A stretch of DNA of 64,000 nt, from assembly GCA_965223155.1 (NCBI GenBank), contig CBDCVR010000014.1:801793-865792 (forward strand), read 5' to 3'. Below, piece by piece: positions 42,917 to 51,389 of this stretch; position 1 is the stretch's first letter, and the number at the start of each line of letters is the position of its first letter. The notes beneath the pieces are model-generated. The model made no database searches and was not told where the DNA came from. It saw nothing but the letters and a program-made list of their open reading frames with translations. A program made the position numbers and the translations under genes. Source of the stretch: Candidatus Multivoradales bacterium. Its GTDB lineage: Bacteria; Acidobacteriota; Thermoanaerobaculia; Multivoradales; JAHEKO01.

Positions 42917-43731
42917 GACTCCCCGCCTTCGCCGGAGCCGAGCCCGGAGGCGGCTTCGGCATCTTCGCCGTAGATGTCTTTGAAGGTCTGGGCGTTGAAC
43001 CCCTCGGGACCGCCCTCGTAGACCAGCCGGCCGTCCCGGAGCGCGATCAGCCGGGTGGCGTAGCGCTTGATGAGATCCACGTCGTGGAGCGTGCAGATCA
43101 CGGTCAGCCCTTCGTCCCGGTTGAGCGACTCCAGATGCCGCATGACCGAATGCCTGAGCGCCGGGTCGAGCGAGGCCACAGGCTCGTCGGCCAGAAACAC
43201 CTTGGGGTCCTGCATGAGAGCGCGGGCGACGGCCACGCGCTGTTGCTGGCCGCCGGACAGCGCGTCGGCGCGGCTGGCGCCGCGGTCGCCCAGACCGACC
43301 CGGTCCAAACACGCCTGGGCTCGAGCCCGGTCCTCGTCCGAGTACCGGATGAGGAGGCTCCGCGCCAGCGACGTCCGGCCCAGGCCGCCGGAGAGCACGT
43401 TGGTCATCACCGTGTGGCGCTTCACCAGGTTGAACTGCTGAAAGATCATGCCAATCTGAGCCCGGAGCCGCCGGAGCTCCGCCCCCTTGGCGCCGGTGAT
43501 CTCCTCGCCGAAAAGCCAGACCCGGCCCTCGGACGGATCGTGCAGCCGGTTGATGCAACGCAGCAGGGTCGACTTGCCCGAGCCCGAAAGCCCGATCACC
43601 ACCAGAAACTCGCCGCGCTCGACTTCGACGCTCACCCCGTCGAGCGCCTGCACGCCGCCCGGGAAGACCTTGCTGACGTTCTCGACCTTGATCGCGAGAT
43701 GTCCGTTGGAGCTGGATCCCGCCATCGTCAC
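42913..43731 (-). CDS. phnC: Phosphonate ABC transporter ATP-binding protein PhnC
   Basis: Walker A GLSGSGKST, LSGGQQQRVAVARAL, Walker B FLADEP. Confidence 0.85.
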   Translation of the reverse strand: MTMAGSSSNGHLAIKVENVSKVFPGGVQALDGVSVEVERGEFLVVIGLSGSGKSTLLRCINRLHDPSEGRVWLFGEEITGAKGAELRRLRAQIGMIFQQFNLVKRHTVMTNVLSGGLGRTSLARSLLIRYSDEDRARAQACLDRVGLGDRGASRADALSGGQQQRVAVARALMQDPKVFLADEPVASLDPALRHSVMRHLESLNRDEGLTVICTLHDVDLIKRYATRLIALRDGRLVYEGGPEGFNAQTFKDIYGEDAEAASGLGSGEGGES

Positions 43732-45110
43732 GAGCCCTGCTTCTGCCGTTCCAAGCGTTCCTCGGCCGCTTCGAGCAGGCCCTCGGCGCTGACCTCGGCC
43801 GACTCGAGCGCCCGCCGGAAGCCGTCGAAGGCCGAGTCGTCGATCGGCGCCGCGCCCACCGCAGTCAGCAAGTCGTTGAAGACGTCCTGGCCTTCGGGAG
43901 TCGTCAGGTAGCGCTGGAAGGATTCATTGAACCGCTGCCAGATCTCCTCGGACAGGCCCTTGCGTACCGCGCACAGATCGTTCGGGATGGGGTCGGTGAG
44001 GGCGACGACCTTGACGTCGCGCAGAAACTGCTGCCGCTCCTCGTCGGTCGCGAACCGGCGCATGATGATGTAGCGAGCATCGCCGACGTACAGGTTCTCC
44101 TCGCGCTGCTTGATCCCGGGCGGCGAGTAGAAGGTCGAGCCCGCCACGGCTTTGCCGTCCCACACCGCCTGGACGACGTTGGGATGACCGCCCGCGTAGT
44201 AGACCCGGCCCAGCGACACCCGGTTCCGGTCGAGCAGCATGCGCGGAAAGATGTGGCCCGAGGTCGAGGTCTCGTCCGAGAAGGCGAAGCTCCGCCCGTT
44301 CAGATCCGCCAGGCGCCGGATGCCGGAGTCGGTCCGGGCCATGACGCAACCCCGGTAGACGGTATCCAGATCCTGCACCGGGCTCTCGGTCTTGTACAGA
44401 ATTCGGGTGCGCTCGAGCGTGCCCGGCATGTCGTACTCGAGCTCCTTGCGGCCGTCGCCGATCAGATCCTCCGGCCCCGAAAAAACGTGGGTCGAGGCCG
44501 CGGCGGCGACCTCGAATGGCTTCTCGACCAGCGCCCGCACCGCGCCCTTGTCGTCCTCGGCCGCGACCTCGGTCCAGCCCGGCGCGTCTCGATCCAGGAC
44601 CGCGGTGACCTTGTCCCGCAGCTCACCCTTGACCGAAGCCGGGATCGCCACCCCGCGGCCGGCCAGATCGGCCAACGAAGCCGGCTCGCCCGGTCCGCTC
44701 CGCGTCACCAGAATGCCGTCCCGCTCGGCGCTCCGGACCACCTGCAACCGCGCCTCGGCACCGTAGCGGGCATGGGCGATGACGTAGGCAAACGCCGGCA
44801 TCCAGGCCACGTCGGCCTGCTCGGCACCCAGGGCCTGGATCACCGCCGCGTAACTCGTCGGCACCTCGGTCTGGAGCACCAGCCCGGTGTCCTGCCGGAT
44901 GTAGCGGGCGAGCTCATCCGCGCGCTCCACCAACGTGCCCTGCTCGACCGAGGGCACGAACAACATGCGCAGCACCTCGTCGCCCTTGGCCTCCAACCGC
45001 TGGCGCCGCTCCAGCCCCCAGACGAAGACGACGAGCGCCGCCAACGCGAGCGTCCAACCGAGTTTCGGCAGGAGCCGTTCGAGCCAGGATGGACCGGAGG
45101 GTGTCGTCAT
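43728..45110 (-). CDS. phnD: Phosphonate/phosphite ABC transporter substrate-binding protein (PhnD/PtxB-like, enlarged ~460 aa)
   Basis: N-terminal anchor, PhnD-like lobes (LRMLFVPS...YAAVIQAL...DVAWM; GYRLADLNG..FAF). 4-nt overlap with phnC. Confidence 0.7.
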   Translation of the reverse strand: MTTPSGPSWLERLLPKLGWTLALAALVVFVWGLERRQRLEAKGDEVLRMLFVPSVEQGTLVERADELARYIRQDTGLVLQTEVPTSYAAVIQALGAEQADVAWMPAFAYVIAHARYGAEARLQVVRSAERDGILVTRSGPGEPASLADLAGRGVAIPASVKGELRDKVTAVLDRDAPGWTEVAAEDDKGAVRALVEKPFEVAAAASTHVFSGPEDLIGDGRKELEYDMPGTLERTRILYKTESPVQDLDTVYRGCVMARTDSGIRRLADLNGRSFAFSDETSTSGHIFPRMLLDRNRVSLGRVYYAGGHPNVVQAVWDGKAVAGSTFYSPPGIKQREENLYVGDARYIIMRRFATDEERQQFLRDVKVVALTDPIPNDLCAVRKGLSEEIWQRFNESFQRYLTTPEGQDVFNDLLTAVGAAPIDDSAFDGFRRALESAEVSAEGLLEAAEERLERQKQGS

Positions 45111-45167
45111 CGAGTGCTTCGGTTCGGAAGCCCTACTCTACCTCGCACGGCCGGCCCGGCGCCGCGC

Positions 45168-46082
45168 TCAGAGGCCCGTCGCCGGATCGTCACACCAGGC
45201 TCGCGACAGCGCTTCGACCGCGGCCGCCAGGCCGGTCTCGAATCCGGCTCGGACGCGCGGATCGTCGAGGCCGCGGTAGGCGCGGTCGCCGGCGTCGGGA
45301 AGGGTGACGTTGTCGGTGACGAAGAAGAGCGCGCCGAGCTCGAGGCCGAGAGCGGCGGCGACGGTCGCCGCGGCCGAGCACTCGTTCTCGACGCCTAGGA
45401 TGCGGCCGCCGGCGGCGGCATCGTAGGTGCCGTCGTAGATGTCGGGCCCTTGGCGGTAGCCGGCGTCGGTGGTGTAGACGGCGCCCCGGTGAACCGCGCC
45501 GGTGGCGGCTGGAGCTCCGCTCGACGCCGGCTTCGACGCGGTCGTCCAGAGGCGTTCGGTCAACTCGGCGGCGCAGGCGGCGCCAAGATCTTCGATAGGG
45601 GCGGTGGGGTTCTCCGAGCCAGCGGAGCCAGCAAAGCTCGAACGGCCGGAGCCGGCGGTCTCGGTGGCGACTTGGCCCTCCTCAGAACCGGTCGAACCGG
45701 CCGCGTCCGGGAGGCGGTAGTAGCGGGAGGTGCCTTCGCCCGGGTAGGCCCGCTCGGCGACGATCAAGTCGCCGACGCCGATCTCGGGCATGACGCCGCC
45801 ACAGGCGCCGAAGAGAACCACCCGCCGGCCGCCGTTGGCGGCGATCATCTCGAGACCGTTGGCGGCGGCCGGCGAGCCCATGCCGGTGTAGACCAGGGTC
45901 GTGGGGCGGGGCGCACCGGTCAGTTGGTACGCGATGCGGTCGGTGGTGGCGTCGAGGGGGACGCGCTTGCCGCCGTAGCGCCCGACGATCGCCGGCAAAT
46001 AGGACTCGCGCCCGAAGGGCAGAAGGAGCACTCGCTCGGCGCAGTCAAAGCCGGGGTTGCTGCTGTGGTGAAACTCGCGCAT
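45168..46082 (-). CDS. PNP/UDP-family nucleoside phosphorylase with an internal low-complexity insertion
   Basis: LVYTGMGSPAAA...VVLFGACGG...DLIVAERAY and C-terminal ILGVENECSA resemble family-1 nucleoside phosphorylases. A ~70-aa Ser/Gly/Ala-rich insert lies in the middle. Confidence 0.55.
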   Translation of the reverse strand: MREFHHSSNPGFDCAERVLLLPFGRESYLPAIVGRYGGKRVPLDATTDRIAYQLTGAPRPTTLVYTGMGSPAAANGLEMIAANGGRRVVLFGACGGVMPEIGVGDLIVAERAYPGEGTSRYYRLPDAAGSTGSEEGQVATETAGSGRSSFAGSAGSENPTAPIEDLGAACAAELTERLWTTASKPASSGAPAATGAVHRGAVYTTDAGYRQGPDIYDGTYDAAAGGRILGVENECSAAATVAAALGLELGALFFVTDNVTLPDAGDRAYRGLDDPRVRAGFETGLAAAVEALSRAWCDDPATGL

Positions 46083-46580
46083 CTCGCTATCTTCAACCGT
46101 TGGCTCCTCGCGCCGGAACCACTGACCGAAGCAAGTGTCTCACCTCGAGCAGACAGTTCCGCCGGACGCCGCTCCCCGACGCCAACGCGACCGCAACCAC
46201 CAAGGCGGCGGCACCGGACGCCGTCTACGAAGCGCGACCGCGCAGAGGCATCCCGGAGCGTCGAACCGCGAGTGCTTGTCCGGACTGCTCGGCGCTGGCC
46301 GAAGAGCGCCCTCGGACACCGGACCGCAGACGAGGGCATCCCGGAACGGCTCGACACCACTCCAAGAGCGCCGGGAGACACGGCTGCGCGGGCGAGTGTC
46401 GGACCGCTCACCTCGCATCAGCGCCCCATGCACTCTTCCGAATCAGGCCGGTCGGCCGCCGATCGAAACCCGGACTCGCGAGGACCGTAAGAGAGATTGC
46501 GGCCTCAGGCCCTTGTCCCGCCGCGGTACCCGCGGCGCCAGACGGTGCCAGGCCGCCCACCCCACAGAGAAGGAGCTCTC

Positions 46581-48437
46581 ATGTCTCGAACCCAGATCGT
46601 CTCGTCCCTCGCGATCGCCGCCCTGGCCGCGACCACTTTCCTCCCCGCGCCCATCCTCGCCGACAGCCATGAAGAGAGGCTTTCGGACGAGGTCCTCGCC
46701 GCCGTCGAAGCCGCCAAGCTGGCCCAGCTCCTCGAGGACTACTTCGAGGAGACGCTCCAGCGGAATCCGATCCAGGCCACCGCGGTCGGGGATCCCCGCT
46801 ACAACGACCAGGTGCCCAACTTCTTGTCCGAAGAGAGGCAGGAAGAGGACTTGCGCCACGAGCAGCGCTGGCTCGAACAGGTACGGAAGATCGACCGGGA
46901 GCGGCTCTCGGGCCAGGACCGGCTGAGCTACGACATTTTCGTCTACGAGCGTGAGATGGCAATCGAGGCCTCGCGCTTCCCCTTCCACCTGCTCCCCATC
47001 AACCAAATGTTCTCGATCCCGTCGTTCTTCGCCCAGCTCGGCTCGGGCGGCAGCATCCAGCCATTCCGGACCGAGAAGGATTACCGGGACTGGCTGGGCC
47101 GGGTCGAACGGTTGGCGCCGTTGGTCGATCAGGCGATCGCCAACATGAAGCGAGGCATCGAGCTGGGCGTCGTCCAGCCGCGCGCGCTCATGGAGAAGGT
47201 GCCGCCGCAGATCGCCGCCCATCTGGTCGAGAACGTCGAGGACAGCATCTTCCTGAAGCCGCTCGAGAGCTTCCCCGAGGACATGGCCGAGGTGACGCGT
47301 GAGGAGCTGACCGCCGCCTACCGGACGGCGGTGGTCGAGACCATCATTCCGGCCTACCGCAAGCTCCACGACTACATGATCGAGGAGTACATCCCCAACG
47401 GTCGCGAGACCACGGCGATCGCCGACCTGCCGGACGGCGAGGCCTGGTACGCCTACCAGGTCAAGAACATGACGACGACCGACATGCAGCCCGACGAGAT
47501 CCACGGATTCGGCCTCGAAGAGGTCGCCCGGATTCACGCCGAGATGCGCGGCGTCATGGACGAAGTCGGCTTCGAAGGCGAGCTCCCGGACTTCTTCGAA
47601 TACTTGGAGAACGAGGATCGCTTCTACTACACCGACGCCGACGAGCTGATCCAGGGCTACCAGGACTTGCAAGAACGGGTGAACGCCGCCTTGCCCAAGA
47701 TGTTCGACATCTTTCCCAAGGCCGATTACGAGGTCGTGCCGGTGCCCGACTTCATGGCCGAGTCCTCGCCGGGCGCCTTCTACCAGCCCGGAACTCCGGA
47801 CGGCAGCCGCCCGGGCCGTTTCTACGCCAACACGTTCAACCTCAAGGCCCAGGCCAAGTTCGGCATGATGACGCTCTCGATTCATGAGGCCTCGCCCGGC
47901 CATCACTTTCAGATCTCGATCGCCCAGGAGATCGAGGACCTGCCGCGTTTCCGGCGCTTCGGCGGCCAGACCGCCTTCTTCGAGGGCTGGGCGCTCTACG
48001 CCGAGTCGCTGGGCAAGGAGTTGGGGCTCCTGGACGATCCCTACGACTACTACGGCCGGTTGAGCGACGAGCTCCTGCGGGCCATGCGCCTGGTGGTCGA
48101 CACCGGGCTCCACGCCAAGGGCTGGAGCCGGGAGCAGGCGATCGACTACATGCTCGAGAACTCCTCGATGGCCGAGTCGGACGTCGTCGCCGAGGTCGAG
48201 CGCTACATCGTCTTCGCCGGCCAGGCCCTGGCCTACAAGGTGGGTCAGCGGGTGATCTCGGGCCTGCGCGCCGAGGCCGAGTCCGAGCTTGGCGACGCCT
48301 TCGACATCAAGGCGTTCCACCGCGCGGTCCTGGAGGACGGCGCGCTACCGATGCGCGTGCTCCAGACCAAGATCCGCGAGTGGATCGCCGAGCGCAAAGA
48401 CGTCGAGGTCGAAGGCGCCTCGGCGGTCAAGGGCTAG
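46581..48437 (+). CDS. DUF885 family protein (secreted, putative metallopeptidase-like)
   Basis: Real ATG at 46581 with a GAGAAGGAG RBS. Signal peptide, and the DUF885 hallmark HEASPGHHFQ. Confidence 0.8.
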   Translation: MSRTQIVSSLAIAALAATTFLPAPILADSHEERLSDEVLAAVEAAKLAQLLEDYFEETLQRNPIQATAVGDPRYNDQVPNFLSEERQEEDLRHEQRWLEQVRKIDRERLSGQDRLSYDIFVYEREMAIEASRFPFHLLPINQMFSIPSFFAQLGSGGSIQPFRTEKDYRDWLGRVERLAPLVDQAIANMKRGIELGVVQPRALMEKVPPQIAAHLVENVEDSIFLKPLESFPEDMAEVTREELTAAYRTAVVETIIPAYRKLHDYMIEEYIPNGRETTAIADLPDGEAWYAYQVKNMTTTDMQPDEIHGFGLEEVARIHAEMRGVMDEVGFEGELPDFFEYLENEDRFYYTDADELIQGYQDLQERVNAALPKMFDIFPKADYEVVPVPDFMAESSPGAFYQPGTPDGSRPGRFYANTFNLKAQAKFGMMTLSIHEASPGHHFQISIAQEIEDLPRFRRFGGQTAFFEGWALYAESLGKELGLLDDPYDYYGRLSDELLRAMRLVVDTGLHAKGWSREQAIDYMLENSSMAESDVVAEVERYIVFAGQALAYKVGQRVISGLRAEAESELGDAFDIKAFHRAVLEDGALPMRVLQTKIREWIAERKDVEVEGASAVKG

Positions 48438-48710
48438 CAGCCCGTGGTGGAAGTCACGATGGTCGCGCGACAAGGGCTCGTGGTGGAGTGTCGAGACACG
48501 AGGAGAAGGCGATGCGGCTGCGGCGCAAATGGCGAGCGGCGGCCAAGTGCGACGTAACCCCTTGCCGCCCTTTGGGTTGCAGGCAACGCAGGGTGCGCTG
48601 CGGCGTTGCCGCGCCTCGACGATGCCACCGCATCGCCTACGTCGCGCCGCCTTGCATCACACACCACGGCGGCTGCAGCCCGACCGTCTGACTTCCACCA
48701 CGGGCTGCTA
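48434..48710. repeat. ~277-bp element bounded by 23-bp perfect inverted repeats (CTAGCAGCCCGTGGTGGAAGTCA ... TGACTTCCACCACGGGCTGCTAG), internally rich in further inverted repeats: MITE-like or large structured RNA
   Basis: Read directly from the sequence. The left repeat begins inside the DUF885 stop codon. The interior has nested complementary segments (gtcgcgcgac; ggcgatgcgg...ccgcatcgcc; ggcaacgc...gcgttgcc). Confidence 0.5.
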
Positions 48711-48766
48711 GGGCTCTTCGCCTCTGGACGCCTCCGGGCGGGCTGCTAGACTCGCCCGCCCTAGAG

Positions 48767-49798
48767 GTGTCCGAGGTGACGGTTTCCGAGATCAATTCGA
48801 CCCGATTGCTGGATCTCCGGCGCGAAGAGCGCGAGGAGCGGGAACGGGCTCAGCTCGCGCCGGCGGCGACCCTGGCAGCCGAGAGCCGCGGCCGCGAGAC
48901 GGCCGAAGAGCCCGACGTCTACCGCACCTGCTTCGAGCGCGACCGCGACCGGATCCTCCATTCCAAGGCCTTTCGCCGGCTCAAGCACAAGGCCCAGGTC
49001 TTCATCAATCCGGAAGGCGATCACGTCGTCACCCGGCTGTCGCATACTCTCCAGGTCACCCAGATCGGGCGCTCGCTGGCAGCGGCCCTGGGACTCAACG
49101 AGACCCTGACCGAAGCCATATGCCTGGGACACGAGGTCGGGCACGCGCCCTTCGGACACATCGGCGAGGAAGCGCTGTCGCCGTACGTGGAGGGCGAGTG
49201 GCTGCACGCCGCCCAGGGCGTACGGGTCTTCAGCATCCTCGAGCCGTTGAATCTGAGCTGGGAGGTCCTGGAGGGCATCCGCGCGCACACCTGGAAGGTG
49301 GTTCCGGGGCCCGCCCATCAAGAAGGCATGCTGATCCGCTACGCCGACCGCATTGCCTATCTCGTTCACGACATGCAGGACGCCGTGCGCGCCGGGATCC
49401 TGCACTACGCCGATCTCCCGCCTGAGAGCGTTGCGGCCTTCGGCGAGCCCGGCCGCGAGTGGGTCTCGACCATGATCCGGGCCGTGCTCGAGGAATCGGT
49501 GCGCCAGGGCGAGGTCACGATGGAGCCGGAAGTCCTGGCCGCCATGGACGGGTTCCGGAAGTTCATGTTCGAGAACGTCTACCTGCGTCCCGAGTCGCAG
49601 CGCCAGGCCGCCAAAGCCATCCGCATCCTGCGCGACTTGGTGGACTACTATCTCGAGCACCCGGACGAGATGCCCGAGAGTTACCGGATCGAAGGTGAGT
49701 CGCTGGTCAACCAGGTCCTGGACGTCGTCGCCGGAATGACCGACCGCTACGCCCTGCGCGTCCACGACCAGCTCTTCCGGCCCGAGCGCACGGTCTAG
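48767..49798 (+). CDS. dGTP triphosphohydrolase-like HD-domain protein (Dgt family)
   Basis: RDRDRILHSKAFRRLKHKAQVF...HVVTRLSHTLQVTQIGR...GHEVGHAPFGH motifs typical of the dGTPase family. GTG start; 48776 is an in-frame alternative. Confidence 0.8.
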   Translation: MSEVTVSEINSTRLLDLRREEREERERAQLAPAATLAAESRGRETAEEPDVYRTCFERDRDRILHSKAFRRLKHKAQVFINPEGDHVVTRLSHTLQVTQIGRSLAAALGLNETLTEAICLGHEVGHAPFGHIGEEALSPYVEGEWLHAAQGVRVFSILEPLNLSWEVLEGIRAHTWKVVPGPAHQEGMLIRYADRIAYLVHDMQDAVRAGILHYADLPPESVAAFGEPGREWVSTMIRAVLEESVRQGEVTMEPEVLAAMDGFRKFMFENVYLRPESQRQAAKAIRILRDLVDYYLEHPDEMPESYRIEGESLVNQVLDVVAGMTDRYALRVHDQLFRPERTV

Positions 49799-49943
49799 GC
49801 CCCGGCCACGAGGGCGGCCGGTTTCTAGGAAGCCGGGCCCTTTCATTCGCTCGGAACCAGTGCAAGAGCAAGGCCCGGCCTTTCGCAACCAGCCGCATCC
49901 GCGAGAGACTTGGGGCGCGTCCGGCTCAGGAGGGAGGCGACTC

Positions 49944-50528
49944 ATGCTGCAAGTTCTCATCCGGCACTTCATCCGCGGTCTGCTGATCGTCGTGCCGATC
50001 GCGGTCACGGTCTACGTGGTGTGGGCGGTGGTCTCGTTTCTGGACGGCTGGCTCAATCTCGAATCGATCCTGGGGCGGCGCTTGGTTCCGGGAGTGGGGC
50101 TCATCCTGACGGTCGCTCTCGTCACCCTGGTCGGTGTTCTGGGACGGGTCATCGGGCTGCGCTGGCTGCTCCACCGCGCCGACGAGCTCTTCGCGCGGTT
50201 GCCGCTCATCAAGATCCTCTATACCTCGATCCGGGATCTCACCGGCGCTCTAGTAGGCGAGCGCAAGCGTTTCGACCGGCCGGTGGCGATCGCGCCCGCG
50301 GCCGGCTCCGACCTCCTCGTCCTCGGCTTCATGACCCGCGACGACCTGGACGAGATCGGCCTGCCCGGACTGGCCTCGGTGTATGTGCCCCAGTCCTACA
50401 ACTTCGCCGGCAACCTGGTGCTGGTGCCGAAGGACCGGGTCCGTCCCCTCGAAATCGACAGCACCCGCGCGATGAAGCTCATCGTCTCGGGCGGCGTCAC
50501 CGGCCAGGAGCCCGCATCGACTCGATGA
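49944..50528 (+). CDS. DUF502 family membrane protein
   Basis: MLQVLIRHFIRGLLIVVPIAVTVYVVW... N-terminus and overall DUF502-like organisation. Real ATG at 49944 with a GGAGGG RBS. Confidence 0.7.
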   Translation: MLQVLIRHFIRGLLIVVPIAVTVYVVWAVVSFLDGWLNLESILGRRLVPGVGLILTVALVTLVGVLGRVIGLRWLLHRADELFARLPLIKILYTSIRDLTGALVGERKRFDRPVAIAPAAGSDLLVLGFMTRDDLDEIGLPGLASVYVPQSYNFAGNLVLVPKDRVRPLEIDSTRAMKLIVSGGVTGQEPASTR

Positions 50529-50591
50529 AGGCCCGCTAACAGCTCGTCGGGGCCCGTTGGGGCCCGAAAGTAGCCGACCGAGTGGCCGGCT

Positions 50592-51026
50592 TCAGCGTAG
50601 CGGGTCGATCGGGTCGAGGAAGCCGAACTTGTGAAAGTCGGTGTCGCGGGTGTAGATCGCGCGCAGGCCGTGCTCGCGCATGAGGGCGGCGATGTGGAAG
50701 TCGTGAACGAGATTGCCAGTCACGTCGGGCACTTCCCGCGCGAGCTCCCGAACGACGTCGGCGTGGCGCTCGGTCGCGACCAGTACCCGGAAACCCGGAG
50801 AGGCGGCGAGTGCCTCAACGAAGCCCCAGGCCTCGGCGAAGCTCCAGGGCCTTTCCATCACTCGCCGGTGGGTGGTCACCCGCACGAACTCGTAGAGAAT
50901 GCTCCAGGTCGAATACCAGGCGCCCGAGCCGGAGCGCCAGCTCTCGACCAGCTCGCGGCAACGCTCGTGTCCGGCGGAGTCGCGGTCCGCTGCGTAGACC
51001 AGAACGTTGGTATCGACGACGAACAC
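50592..51026 (-). CDS. vapC: PIN-domain toxin VapC
   Basis: MFVVDTNVLVYA... with conserved acidic PIN residues (D6, E, D near the C-terminus), located downstream of a small antitoxin-like gene. Confidence 0.8.
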   Translation of the reverse strand: MFVVDTNVLVYAADRDSAGHERCRELVESWRSGSGAWYSTWSILYEFVRVTTHRRVMERPWSFAEAWGFVEALAASPGFRVLVATERHADVVRELAREVPDVTGNLVHDFHIAALMREHGLRAIYTRDTDFHKFGFLDPIDPLR

Positions 51027-51055
51027 GATTTCGCGAATCTCCCCGCCGGAGGCCG

Positions 51056-51283
51056 CTAGCGGCCTTCCATCGCTTCGTACAGGGCGTCTCGGTCACTCAC
51101 GTCAACGCGCGCTCCCCCGCCGGAAAAGGCCGGAAGCGCCGGCAACTCGACCGGCACGGCTTCCTCCTCGAGCAACCGCCTCAGAGCCGTCTCCACAAGC
51201 TCAGACATGGTGCGACCTTGCCTTGCCGCTTCCGCTTTCAGTTGCCTCATGACGCCGTCCTCGATCGTGAGCGTGGTCTTCAT
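51056..51283 (-). CDS. vapB: VapB-like antitoxin (ribbon-helix-helix type)
   Basis: 75 aa MKTTLTIEDGVMRQLKAEAARQGRTMSELVETALRRLLEE, 29 nt upstream of vapC. The track ORF (to 51403) is over-extended. Alternative start at 51295. Confidence 0.6.
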   Translation of the reverse strand: MKTTLTIEDGVMRQLKAEAARQGRTMSELVETALRRLLEEEAVPVELPALPAFSGGGARVDVSDRDALYEAMEGR

Positions 51284-51389
51284 ATGGAAAACCATATTGA
51301 ACAAACGGATTTCTGTCAACCATCGTGTTGCCTCCCTCACGAGAGACGGCAACGCCCCGGGGAATCTCGCACCGGAGCGCAAATCGCAT

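Noticed and set aside
46443-48320. 625-aa minus-strand ORF antisense to the DUF885 gene
   Set aside because: DUF885 on the plus strand has the HEASPGHHFQ hallmark, a signal peptide and a strong RBS. The antisense is a high-GC artefact.
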